Below, piece by piece: positions 13,737-22,709 of a stretch of 64,000 nucleotides of DNA. The stretch is from an uncultured delta proteobacterium (GTDB lineage Bacteria > Desulfobacterota > Binatia > Binatales > Binataceae). Location: assembly GCA_963794325.1 (NCBI GenBank), contig CAWCDG010000007.1, positions 307,447 through 371,446 on the forward strand, given 5' to 3'. The translations under genes and the position numbers were made by a program. A model generated the notes under the pieces. It saw nothing but the letters and a program-made list of their open reading frames with translations, ran no database searches and was not told where the DNA came from. How positions within the stretch are numbered: position 1 is the first letter of the stretch; each line of letters starts with the position of its first letter.

Positions 13737-14752
13737 TCAAACCGAAACAGCTATCTATTTCGTTCGTTGCAATCATTCTTCTGCTATGCCTGAGTCCCGG
13801 GGCGCGTGCCGGGTCCTCGACTGAGTCGAGCGCACCGCCCGATCGAGCCCGCAGCTTCAACTTTACCTATCACGCGGATATTCCGGTCTCGAATCCCGCG
13901 ACGAAAAAGTTCGAGGCATGGATTCCGCTTCCGCGCGAGGATGCGTTCCAGCAGGTTCGCGATCTGAAGATCGAGACGCCGGTGCATTTCGAGACTGTTG
14001 ACCAGAATTCGAACGGAAATCGCGTGCTCCATCTCGAAGCTTCCGCGCCGCTGCCGGCGTCGGTGCCTGTCACTATGACGTTCGCGACGACTCGGCGTGA
14101 GGTGGCCGCCAATATGGTTGCGGCTGCGCGCGATTTGCCCGAACCGACTGACGGGCCCTTCGCCGCCTATCTGGAACCGAATCGCCTCGTGCCGCTGACG
14201 GGCAGAATCGCGCAGGTCAGCGCGAACCTGGCCGAGACCGACATGACTCCGCTGCAACAGGCGCGCGTCGATTACGAGTACGTGACCTCAGTCATGAAGT
14301 ACGACAAGAGCGGCACCGGATGGGGCCGTGGCGACGCGCTCTACGCATGCGACGTCCGGCGCGGCAACTGCACCGATTTCCATTCCCTGTTCATTGGACT
14401 CGCGCGAGCCCGCGGAATCCCGGCGCGCTTCACGATTGGCTTTCCGATCGGCGCGGGGAAGTCCGGCGAGGTGCCCGGCTACCATTGCTGGGCGGAATTC
14501 TACTCGGGCGGAGTGTGGGTGCCGGTGGATGCGTCCGAAGCGTGGAAGCATCCAGAGCGCCATGACTACTACTTCGGGCATCTCGACGCGGCTCGGGTCG
14601 CGTTCACGATGGGCCGCGATTTCGAGCTCAAGCCTCCACAGAATGGGGGGCCGCTCAACTACCTGATTTACCCTTACGCCGAGCTCGACGGGGCAGCGGT
14701 GCCGCAGAAAGAAATCAAGACAAAGTTCTCTTACTCGAACACTGGCGGATGA
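13733..14752 (+). CDS. Secreted transglutaminase-like domain protein
   Basis: ATGA overlap with the GNAT stop; signal peptide; GNCTDFH, YHCWAEFY and WVPVD catalytic triad. Confidence 0.88.
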   Translation: MIKPKQLSISFVAIILLLCLSPGARAGSSTESSAPPDRARSFNFTYHADIPVSNPATKKFEAWIPLPREDAFQQVRDLKIETPVHFETVDQNSNGNRVLHLEASAPLPASVPVTMTFATTRREVAANMVAAARDLPEPTDGPFAAYLEPNRLVPLTGRIAQVSANLAETDMTPLQQARVDYEYVTSVMKYDKSGTGWGRGDALYACDVRRGNCTDFHSLFIGLARARGIPARFTIGFPIGAGKSGEVPGYHCWAEFYSGGVWVPVDASEAWKHPERHDYYFGHLDAARVAFTMGRDFELKPPQNGGPLNYLIYPYAELDGAAVPQKEIKTKFSYSNTGG

Positions 14753-14769
14753 GGCCGCAATCGCGAACG

Positions 14770-15327
14770 CTAGAACATCGCGAACTCGGCGTTCTTGTCG
14801 ACCTTCACCTTCATCGCGCTGGCGCTGGAGCTGACGACGCGACAGCCAATTGAGTCGCCGTTCTTGCACGCGTCATCGGCGTGGTCGGTCTGTTTTTTCG
14901 GCCACACCAGCAGCGAGAGAGACTCGCAGTCGTTCGCGTTGTCCGCTTTGCACGAAGCGTAGAGTTCCGAGTATCGCTCCCCGAGCCGATCGCATACCGC
15001 AGCGTCGCCGTTGTCGCACGCGACCGCGTCGAGCGCCTGGCATGATGCCTCGTCATTCGCCCGACACTTTTGCGAGAGCTGACTGCTCGCCTGCGCCTGG
15101 AACGCTGGGACGTAGGCGGTGCATACGCGCGCTGGCGCTTCGCAACTCGATTGGAGCATCGCGACGCACGCGTCAGTTTCGTTTTCGGCGCACCGGTCGG
15201 CGTTCGTCTGATAGAGCCGATAGACGACAGATTCGCCGTACGGCATGCACGAAGAGAGCAAGCCCGCGATGCCAGCTGCGAAAGCGAAGCGCAAATGGCC
15301 GCGGCAATTTGGAGACAAATTGCGCAT
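14770..15327 (-). CDS. Cys-rich lipoprotein with C-x7-C (Hcp/Sel1-like) repeats
   Basis: Lipobox LLSSC; five C-x7-C units, e.g. CDNGDAAVC and CKNGDSIGC. Confidence 0.65.
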   Translation of the reverse strand: MRNLSPNCRGHLRFAFAAGIAGLLSSCMPYGESVVYRLYQTNADRCAENETDACVAMLQSSCEAPARVCTAYVPAFQAQASSQLSQKCRANDEASCQALDAVACDNGDAAVCDRLGERYSELYASCKADNANDCESLSLLVWPKKQTDHADDACKNGDSIGCRVVSSSASAMKVKVDKNAEFAMF

Positions 15328-15378
15328 GATCAACAGACGCTCGACGCCGTCAAATGTTTCAAGCCGGGAAGGCGCAAC

Positions 15379-15408
15379 AAAAAAGGCAGTCCCAGCGGAC
15401 TGCCTTTT
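15379..15408 (-). terminator. Intrinsic terminator ending the prkA operon (potentially bidirectional)
   Basis: AAAAAAGGCAGTCC-CAGC-GGACTGCCTTTT. Confidence 0.8.
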
Positions 15409-15428
15409 AAATCGAAATAAGAGAGTAA

Positions 15429-15614
15429 TCAGTGTTTGGTCTCGATACGCCTGCCGTAAGTCACTTCACCTTTGTCAACGCGCAGGCTGAAACCACAATC
15501 AGGATTTGTGCAGACCCAAGCCTTGAACATTACTGACGCGCCCTCCTGTCCGTAGTCGGACAGAGGAATCAACGCGCCATTGTTACACTTCTGGCACTTC
15601 GGCCACTCCATCAT
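15429..15614 (-). CDS. About 61-aa Zn-ribbon protein
   Basis: AAGGAGG SD before ATGATG; CQKC...CTNPDC metal-binding pairs; C-terminal part of ORF 15429..15866. Confidence 0.8.
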   Translation of the reverse strand: MMEWPKCQKCNNGALIPLSDYGQEGASVMFKAWVCTNPDCGFSLRVDKGEVTYGRRIETKH

Positions 15615-15769
15615 CCGCGCCTCCTTGCAGCCGACCCGAACCGCATCGTCCGCGCCTGAAATTATCCGACCGTCAAATCTAAAGCAACGTGCCGCGTGAA
15701 CGCAGCCGGAGCCGTCCAGAAGCGAGCCTGGGCGCACATTGGGTGCAGAGTTAGGGGAGTTCGACGGTA

Positions 15770-17248
15770 TTACTTGAGCGCGCGAACCGAAAAACCGCGA
15801 TCGTTGCTGCATAGCAGCGAGCGCTTGCCGTCGAGCACGGTCTCGAGCACGACTTCGCGGCCCCACAGCCGCTGCAGGTAGTTGAGGCTCTTTTCGGCGT
15901 ACTCGATATGAAGGTCACGGCCGTCATGATCGTGCTTCACATACAGGGTTCGATTCTGGCCGAAGTCGGCGTCCTCGACCTTGAGGACCGGTATCGAGTT
16001 GGTGCCGACGCTCTTGATGAGCGTCGCCTTGACCTCTTTCCAGCCTTCGTCATCGGCGACTTTGCTGACGACCAGCTCCTCGCCGCGCGCCTCGTACTCG
16101 AAGATGTCCATCTCGCGCATGAGTTCTTCGGTCAGATAGCGGCGCAGGAACGACGCGTCACGCTCGACCTCGCGGACCTCGAAGAGTTTTTCCATCCCGG
16201 ATTTCGCCGGAGGGCCGTCGCGCTTGATCTCGTCTCTGGTCGGATTCGTATAGCGCCGGTAGATGTCTTCCCAAATCTTGAGTCCGAGGTGATACGGATT
16301 GATCTGACCGGGGATCGGGCGCGTGACCTGGTTGTGGTTGACGATGAATTCGAGATGCAGCCCCTGCGGCAGGTCGAGCGACTCGAGGATCTTCTTGTGC
16401 CAGTAGCTCGCCCATCCCTCGTTCATGATCTTCGTCTCCATCATCGAGATGAAGTACTTGGCTTCTTCATCGACGATGGTCAGCAGGTCTTTTTCGAAGT
16501 CGGCGAGGAACGGGTTGTGATCGCGGATGAAGAGCAGGAGGTCTTCGTCGGGCTCGAGCGGGACCTTGTGGAAGTCGGGGACTTCGATTGTCTTGCGCGC
16601 GTGAATTTTCTGAAATGGATCGGGTTGTCCCTGCGCAGTGTCTTCGGCGCGAGCCATCTGCTGGTCCGGCGAGAGTTTCTTGATCGCAAAGTTGCGCCGG
16701 CATTGCCACGACAATGCGTGCGCCGCGTCGAGAATGCGCTCGACTTTTTCGACGCCAATCGACGGATCCTCAACGTAGCGCCGCACGCGCATCGCCGCGG
16801 CCTTGAAACTCTCAATCGTAAGCTCGGCGCGCGTCGCGGACTTGAACGTGAAATTATTCTTGAAAAAGTCGTTGTGCCCGTAAACGTGCGCGATGGTCAG
16901 CACCTGCAGCAGCAGCGAGTTGTCTCGCATCAGGTAGGCAATCGCGGGATTCGAGTTGATTACCATCTCGTACGGCAGGCCGCTGACGCCGTGATCGTAA
17001 AGCGTCTTGAGCTTTTCGTACGATTTGCCATACGACCAGTGCGGGTAATGCGAGGGCATGCCGGAATACGCCATGTAACCGAGCATCCCGTTGTGATCGC
17101 AAAGCTCGAACTCCTGCGGATAGCAGTCGAGCCCGAACTCGGCGGTCTTCGCCCGAATCTTATTGTCCCACTCGACGAGGTCGTCGAGCGTCCACACCGT
17201 GAGGTTCGGGGCGGCGCCGGTGTGAGGAGTCGTCGGAGACGCGCTCAT
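15770..17248 (-). CDS. spoVR: SpoVR/YcgB family protein
   Basis: GMPSHYPHWSYGK, YEMVINSNP, AHVYGHNDFFKNN, TKIMNEGWASYWH; ATG at 17248 overlaps the yeaH stop. Confidence 0.95.
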   Translation of the reverse strand: MSASPTTPHTGAAPNLTVWTLDDLVEWDNKIRAKTAEFGLDCYPQEFELCDHNGMLGYMAYSGMPSHYPHWSYGKSYEKLKTLYDHGVSGLPYEMVINSNPAIAYLMRDNSLLLQVLTIAHVYGHNDFFKNNFTFKSATRAELTIESFKAAAMRVRRYVEDPSIGVEKVERILDAAHALSWQCRRNFAIKKLSPDQQMARAEDTAQGQPDPFQKIHARKTIEVPDFHKVPLEPDEDLLLFIRDHNPFLADFEKDLLTIVDEEAKYFISMMETKIMNEGWASYWHKKILESLDLPQGLHLEFIVNHNQVTRPIPGQINPYHLGLKIWEDIYRRYTNPTRDEIKRDGPPAKSGMEKLFEVREVERDASFLRRYLTEELMREMDIFEYEARGEELVVSKVADDEGWKEVKATLIKSVGTNSIPVLKVEDADFGQNRTLYVKHDHDGRDLHIEYAEKSLNYLQRLWGREVVLETVLDGKRSLLCSNDRGFSVRALK

Positions 17249-18588
17249 TGTTCCTTCACCCGGTCCTTGGCCAGGAACGCTTTGAACGAAGGCCAGATGT
17301 CTTCCTTGCGCTCGATCAGCACAGTGTGAAAGTTCGGCGCCTGGATTCGGCGGAACACGTTGAGCATCGAGGATTCGTAGTAGCGCGAGCCAAGCGGCTT
17401 GATCTCGCCGTAACCGAACAGGTTGCAAATCTCGGCAAGCTCTTCGGCGTCTTTCAGCGCGGCGGGATTGTCCGAGTCGAAGTTGTCGCCGTCTGAGCAA
17501 TGGAACGCGTACAGATTCCACAGCGACGGATGGTACCGCGCGGCAATTATTTCGAGCGCCTTGGCGTAGCCCGACGAGATGAAGGTGCCGCCCGATTCGC
17601 CCTTGTGAAAAAATTCTTCCTCGGTGACCTCGCTGGCCTCCGTGTGATGCGCGATGAAAACGATTTCGACGTTGCGGTAGCGGGTCGAGATGAACTGGTA
17701 CAGCAGGAAGAAGAAGCTGCGCGCGAGGTACTTCTTCATCGTGTCCATCGAGCCCGACGTATCCATGATGCAGATTACCGCGGCGTTCGATTCTTCCTTG
17801 GTGTCGATCTCGACGTGCTTGTAGCGCAGGTCGTCCTGATGGAACGGGAAGCGCCGGCGGACGCGCTGGTATGCCGCGATCGGCGACGCGTCGAGCGCTT
17901 CTTCGTCGATCGGCGCTCCGTCCAGGGTGCCTTCCTCGAGCGCGATCTCGTCGAGCGCGCCTTCGACGTCGGTATCGGCGCCGATCTCGCGATCGGCCTT
18001 CGATTCCTGAAGTGCACGCGCGGCGGCATTGAGCCGCTTGTCGGACGCGAGCATACGCATCACGCGCTGCTTGGCGGTGCGCCGCTTGTCGAGTCGGATT
18101 CGGATACCGACCTTGCGGTAGCCTTTGCGCCGCGACGAGTACTCCGACTGGATTTCGCGCAGCGCACGGCGCTCGAGGTTGGGCAGTTCGAGATCCTCGA
18201 ACATGATCTCGATCAATTCCTCCAGCGTCACGTCGGTTTCGTAATAGTCGACACCCGGGCGGTCGCCCGCCTGCTCGTCGCCCTTGCCGGGGCCGTCCTT
18301 GCCGGTCTTGCCGACGACTTGCCCGGGGCGGGAATCGCCGTCGCCCTGCGACGCGCCGGGCGCGTTGTCGCCGAAGACAAACCGGTATTCCTTGATCCCG
18401 CGAAGCGGCACCTTGATTACGCGGTCCTTGTTTTTACCGATGATCGATTCTTCGGCGATGATGTCGGCGATGTTCTCGCGAATCGATTCGCGAACTTTCT
18501 GCCTATGCCGCAGCCGGTCGCCGGCTGAGCGATCTGAGCGCTCGGCGTCAGAGATCCGGTACTCGCGAAAGATAGTATCGCCGCTCAT
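17245..18588 (-). CDS. yeaH: YeaH/YhbH (DUF444) vWA-like protein
   Basis: DRLRHRQKV, MDTSGSM, ESGGTFISS and FHCSDGDNF motifs. Confidence 0.93.
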   Translation of the reverse strand: MSGDTIFREYRISDAERSDRSAGDRLRHRQKVRESIRENIADIIAEESIIGKNKDRVIKVPLRGIKEYRFVFGDNAPGASQGDGDSRPGQVVGKTGKDGPGKGDEQAGDRPGVDYYETDVTLEELIEIMFEDLELPNLERRALREIQSEYSSRRKGYRKVGIRIRLDKRRTAKQRVMRMLASDKRLNAAARALQESKADREIGADTDVEGALDEIALEEGTLDGAPIDEEALDASPIAAYQRVRRRFPFHQDDLRYKHVEIDTKEESNAAVICIMDTSGSMDTMKKYLARSFFFLLYQFISTRYRNVEIVFIAHHTEASEVTEEEFFHKGESGGTFISSGYAKALEIIAARYHPSLWNLYAFHCSDGDNFDSDNPAALKDAEELAEICNLFGYGEIKPLGSRYYESSMLNVFRRIQAPNFHTVLIERKEDIWPSFKAFLAKDRVKEQ

Positions 18589-18655
18589 CCGGACACCTTA
18601 GTTTTGGTGTGCCACAATAGGTGGTGGTGTCGAGGCATGTTTACTACCATCGGTA

Positions 18656-18716
18656 GTTTCGTTCCGTCAGAAATTGTGTTTCGCACCGCTTGATGGTCGA
18701 CGCGTTTCGCACCGTC
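18656..18716. repeat. Three short direct repeats, GTTTCG(C/T)(A/T)CCG
   Basis: GTTTCGTTCCGTC 18656-68, GTTTCGCACCGC 18678-89, GTTTCGCACCGTC 18704-16. Confidence 0.6.
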
Positions 18717-18722
18717 GAATCC

Positions 18723-18750
18723 GGGATTCTTCGCTTCGCTCTGAATGACA
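18723..18750 (-). repeat. REP-like element (TGTCATTCAGAGCGAAGCGAAGAATCCC)
   Basis: Resembles the GTCATnCnGAGCGnAGCGAAGnATC class of intergenic repeats. Confidence 0.55.
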
Positions 18751-18783
18751 CAAAGAGAAGAGCCACAGACCTCCATCTGGACA

Positions 18784-20718
18784 TCAATCCTTCCATAGAT
18801 TGTTTGCGGCGTACTTCAGCACCACATCTACGCATGATTCGCAGTAGCCGTTTTCGAGCAGGTTTTTTACCATCGAGCCGTACTTTTCGCCCTGCTCTTC
18901 GTCGCGGGTGCGCGCCTTGGTGATGATGCGCGAGATGTCGCGCACACTGGTCATCAGCTTTTTCTCGATCGCTTCTTTGAGCGGCTCGTAGCTCTTGTAG
19001 CTGATCTTTTCGCCGCGTCGCGAGGTGGCCCACAGGTACGCGATCACTTCCTGGCGGAATCCGTCGGCGGCCGATCCGATTATCGCGATTTGCTCCTCGA
19101 TCGATTTCAGGAAGCCCTCGTCTGGCGACAGTTCCTCGTTGGTGTTGCGATCGCGCACGCGAGTCTTGTTGACGTACGCCTCGGCGTGATCGAGGTAATT
19201 CTGGAACAGCGACTCCGCCTGCTCCTGGTACGAGTACACGAACGCGCGCGTGATCTCTTTTTCGAGCAGGTCGAGATATTCCTTGTGCAGCGTGTCCTGC
19301 AGGAATTCGAGATACTGTTTGCGCGTGTCGTCGGGCAGGTCGCCCTCCTTGGTCATCGAGATCAGCGCCTCGCGCACGTTGATCGGATTGATGCAGTTGC
19401 CGGTGACGTTGTCCGACAGCGCGTTGTCGAGCGCTTTCATAATGAAGCGGGTCGAGATGCCCGACATGCCTTCGCGCTTGGTGTCTTCCTTCAACTCTTG
19501 CACGTCGATCTTCTTGGTGCGCCCTTTCTCGACGACTTCTTCACCGTTGTAGAGGCGCAGCTTGGTCATCAGATCGCACTTCGAAGTCGGCTCGAGGCGC
19601 GACAGGATCGCGTACATCGAGGCGAGTTCGAGCGTGTGCGGCGCGACGTGCGCGCGGAAGTCGGAGTTCCGGATGATCTTCTGGTAGATCTTGACCTCTT
19701 CCGACAGGCGCAGGTTGTACGGCACCTTCACGACGACGATACGGTCGAGGATTGCCTCGTTGGTGTGATCGGCCTTGAACTTCTGCCACTCGGCTTCGTT
19801 CGAATGCGCGACGATGCAGGTATCGACGTACACCATTCCGTGCCGTCCGGGCGCGGGGATGACTTTTTCCTGGGTCGCCGTGATCATCGCGTGCAGATAC
19901 TCGGTCTCGTTCTTGAAAACTTCGATGAACTCGACGATTCCGCGGTTGCCGACGTTGAGCGCGCCGTTGAGTTCGAGCACGCGCGGGTCGCCCTCGGAAT
20001 ACTGGTCGAGCTTCGAGATGTCTTCCGATCCGATCAGCACCGAGGTGTCCTGGTTATTCGGATCGACCGGCGGCACCACGCCGACGCCGACCCGGTTGCG
20101 CTTGGAGAAGTTGCGCGCGATTACCGGGAATTCCTCGTAGCGATTGTTGAACTCGGACTTGAGCCGATAGCGGCACACCGGGCACAGGTCGCCCTCGATA
20201 TGCACCCCGAGCATCTTCTCGAACTCGCGCCGCAAATGGCGCGGAACCAGATGCAGCGGCTCCTCGTTCATCGGGCATCCTTCGATCGCGTAGATGAGTC
20301 CGACCTGCTCGAGTCCGCGCTGGATTCGTTCGACCAGCGAACTCTTGCCCGAGCCTACCGGGCCCATCAGATAGAGAACCTGGCGGCTCTCTTCGCCCTT
20401 GAGCGACGCGGAATGGAAATAGCGGACGATCTGCGCGATGGTGCGCTCGATTCCGAAGAACTCCTCGGAGAAGAAATCGAACACCTTGAGCGGCTCATCC
20501 TTGAACAGCCGCTTGGTGCGCGGATCGTCGGTGTCGGCCAGCGGATGCAGGCCGATCGAGATGATCAGGTCGTAAATCCGCGCGTGCGCGAGCTTGGTCA
20601 TGATCGGGTCGGCTTTCACGACCTCGAGATATTCGAGCAAAGTGCCGCGCCATTGCTTGGACTCGCGTGCCGCGCGGTCTTCTTTGATCACTCGCTCGAA
20701 GTTATTGAGATCCGCCAT
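18784..20718 (-). CDS. prkA: PrkA/YeaG AAA+ serine kinase
   Basis: Walker A GPVGSGKS, EGCPMNEEPL, DPNNQDTSVLIG and NRGIVEFIEVFK. Confidence 0.95.
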   Translation of the reverse strand: MADLNNFERVIKEDRAARESKQWRGTLLEYLEVVKADPIMTKLAHARIYDLIISIGLHPLADTDDPRTKRLFKDEPLKVFDFFSEEFFGIERTIAQIVRYFHSASLKGEESRQVLYLMGPVGSGKSSLVERIQRGLEQVGLIYAIEGCPMNEEPLHLVPRHLRREFEKMLGVHIEGDLCPVCRYRLKSEFNNRYEEFPVIARNFSKRNRVGVGVVPPVDPNNQDTSVLIGSEDISKLDQYSEGDPRVLELNGALNVGNRGIVEFIEVFKNETEYLHAMITATQEKVIPAPGRHGMVYVDTCIVAHSNEAEWQKFKADHTNEAILDRIVVVKVPYNLRLSEEVKIYQKIIRNSDFRAHVAPHTLELASMYAILSRLEPTSKCDLMTKLRLYNGEEVVEKGRTKKIDVQELKEDTKREGMSGISTRFIMKALDNALSDNVTGNCINPINVREALISMTKEGDLPDDTRKQYLEFLQDTLHKEYLDLLEKEITRAFVYSYQEQAESLFQNYLDHAEAYVNKTRVRDRNTNEELSPDEGFLKSIEEQIAIIGSAADGFRQEVIAYLWATSRRGEKISYKSYEPLKEAIEKKLMTSVRDISRIITKARTRDEEQGEKYGSMVKNLLENGYCESCVDVVLKYAANNLWKD

Positions 20719-20922
20719 CGGCTATCTCCTTCGGGTTCGGGTTATAGAGTGTTGGACAGTTTTACTGCCTGGGAGAGGGGAAACCGGTCGGGCCGTACTG
20801 TTTCTGAAGCCCATCTGAAGTCGAGTATATCGGACACGGTTATCTGCAACAAGTAAAACAGTCGCAAGCAACACGCTCAGACGTGTCTCGTATCAACATG
20901 CAAGCAGAATGCAGATTGGACT

Positions 20923-21813
20923 TTACTGAAAAGACTGAAAGAGCCGCTCGGAGACCGGGACGGTATCGCCGAGCACGATTCGCCCGCGATCGTTTTTCAC
21001 CATCGCGGCGAAGACGGTGTCGTCGTGCGCGAACGACAGCCACCATCGGTTCTCCGCCGCGAGGCCGAGGTAGCGCGCTTTCTGCTCCATCGTGCGCAGC
21101 GCGTCGAGGTCGTAAGCCTGATTCCATGGACCGCGGATATGCGATCGCGTCGGAACGATATCGGCGAGATGCATGAAGCATTCGCCAGTGTCGCTGACCA
21201 TCGCCGCCTGATGGTCCCGCGTATGTCCGCCGGTGACTACGGCGCGCACGCCGGCGACGACCTCGGTGTCGCCATCGACGACTTCGAGCATCGAGCGCAC
21301 CGGCGTGAGGATTTCCGCGGCATGCCGATAGGCGGCGCGCAGCCGTTCGTTGCGCGGATTGTCGGCGATGTCGAGTTCGCCGCGCTGCACGAAAATTCGC
21401 GCGCGCGGAAACGCGGCTTCGAACGTGCCGGAATCGCGACGGCGCACGATCCCGCCGCAATGATCGAAATGCAGATGCGACACGATCAGATGGGTGATGT
21501 CGCCCGCTTCCATCCCGAGCGCGTCGAGATGCTGCGGGAGCCATCCGTCGCCATGATCGAAAATCTGGCGCTCGACTGAACTGAGCCGATTACCGATTCC
21601 CGTATCGACCAGGATCGCATCGCTGCCTTTCATAATTAGCGGACAGGTCAGGTTGAGGCGGATACGGTTGCGATCGTCGGGCGGATGGTTGTGTTTCCAG
21701 AGTTCGCGCGGCACGACACCGAACATGCATCCGCCGTCATTGCGCCACAGACCGTCGGCGAGGAACGCGACGGTGAACCCGCCAACTTTGATCTTCGGTG
21801 GTATCTCAGCCAT
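20923..21813 (-). CDS. MBL-fold metallo-hydrolase (YtnP-like)
   Basis: DGGCMFGVVP, SHLHFDHCGG and GGHT motifs. Confidence 0.9.
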   Translation of the reverse strand: MAEIPPKIKVGGFTVAFLADGLWRNDGGCMFGVVPRELWKHNHPPDDRNRIRLNLTCPLIMKGSDAILVDTGIGNRLSSVERQIFDHGDGWLPQHLDALGMEAGDITHLIVSHLHFDHCGGIVRRRDSGTFEAAFPRARIFVQRGELDIADNPRNERLRAAYRHAAEILTPVRSMLEVVDGDTEVVAGVRAVVTGGHTRDHQAAMVSDTGECFMHLADIVPTRSHIRGPWNQAYDLDALRTMEQKARYLGLAAENRWWLSFAHDDTVFAAMVKNDRGRIVLGDTVPVSERLFQSFQ

Positions 21814-21822
21814 CGAGCGTCC

Positions 21823-22293
21823 TCAACTTCCCATCAACCACGTTCCGAGTATCAGCGCGATACCACCCATCGCGACGATCGCGATATGCGCGCGCGTCAT
21901 TCGGGACATCGCGCCCGGCACGGCGTCGGTCCGTTCACGGGCAACCAGCGCCTTGATCACGGCGCCGATTCTCATCGACCAGGTCATCACGACGATCATA
22001 ACGATAAACAACCCAATCTTGATCGCAAGCACGGTCATGAAGGCGGTCGAGAACACGAAGCGCCTCGCGACTCCCGCGGTCGTCAGGTTGATGAATCCTG
22101 TGATTAGCAGGACGATCGCGGCGGCGAGGCCGAGCGTATCGATCTTGGGCGCAGCGTTCGCGACGAAATTTCGCTGCTCGACGCTCCCGGTCGCGAGCGC
22201 GAGCCCCGCGATCACAAAGCAAGCGCACGCGCCGACCCAGATAGCGCCGGCAGCCGCATGCGTCCAGAGAATCGCAGAAGAGAGCAATCGCAA
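21823..22293 (-). CDS. CopD-like 4-TM membrane protein
   Basis: H...AIWVG, LITG and AIKIGL pattern; GGAG SD before TTG. Confidence 0.6.
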   Translation of the reverse strand: MRLLSSAILWTHAAAGAIWVGACACFVIAGLALATGSVEQRNFVANAAPKIDTLGLAAAIVLLITGFINLTTAGVARRFVFSTAFMTVLAIKIGLFIVMIVVMTWSMRIGAVIKALVARERTDAVPGAMSRMTRAHIAIVAMGGIALILGTWLMGS

Positions 22294-22427
22294 GGTCTCC
22301 GTTTGACGAACCGCGAAAAGATTAGCCCGCAGTCACCTGCAATTACACCCTACCGAGTTGGCGAGGCGGACGTTTCGATCAGCGGCTGGATGGATAAAAA
22401 GCCGGGATTCTGCGAAAATGCGGTGGA

Positions 22428-22709
22428 ATGGCGCAAGCTTCAAAAATGGCCAACGCAGCGAAGGGTGCACCGTCAGAAGTTCGACGCAACTACGAAGCAT
22501 TCGTGCGAAAGCTGCCAGAGCTTCTTGCTGCGCGTCGCGGAAAATTCGCTTTGATGCACGATGCCGAGATCGTCGAGTTTTTCGACACCGCCGCGGACGC
22601 ATTTCGAGCGGGCAAGAAGCTCCACGGAGAGGGTAGATTTTCCATTCAGGAAGTCACCGACGCGGTGGCCGACCTTGGCTTCCTTTCTCATGCCCTGCCT
22701 CAGCGGTAA
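22428..22709 (+). CDS. Small DUF5678-like protein
   Basis: LPELLAARRGKFALMHDAEIVEFFDTAADAFRAG pattern; overlaps the downstream protease. Confidence 0.6.
   Translation: MAQASKMANAAKGAPSEVRRNYEAFVRKLPELLAARRGKFALMHDAEIVEFFDTAADAFRAGKKLHGEGRFSIQEVTDAVADLGFLSHALPQR

Noticed and set aside
18656-18716. Mini-CRISPR interpretation of the three direct repeats
   Set aside because: Repeats of 12-13 nt with 9-14 nt gaps are too short, and no cas genes are present
18585-18776. 63-aa ORF bridging prkA and yeaH with an ATGA overlap
   Set aside because: No clear SD; VIQSEAKNP is the translated REP-like element; yeaH has its own SD-like TAAGGTG. Not excluded, but unsupported
15908-20856. Long plus-strand ORFs (473, 342 and 588 aa) opposite the prkA operon
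   Set aside because: Antisense shadows from high GC3 codon usage; no motifs. The same applies to shadows over the amidases, acyl-CoA dehydrogenase, kinase and zwf
20860-20915. sigma54 promoter for prkA
   Set aside because: Two TTGC boxes exist on the minus strand, but neither has the invariant GG at -24
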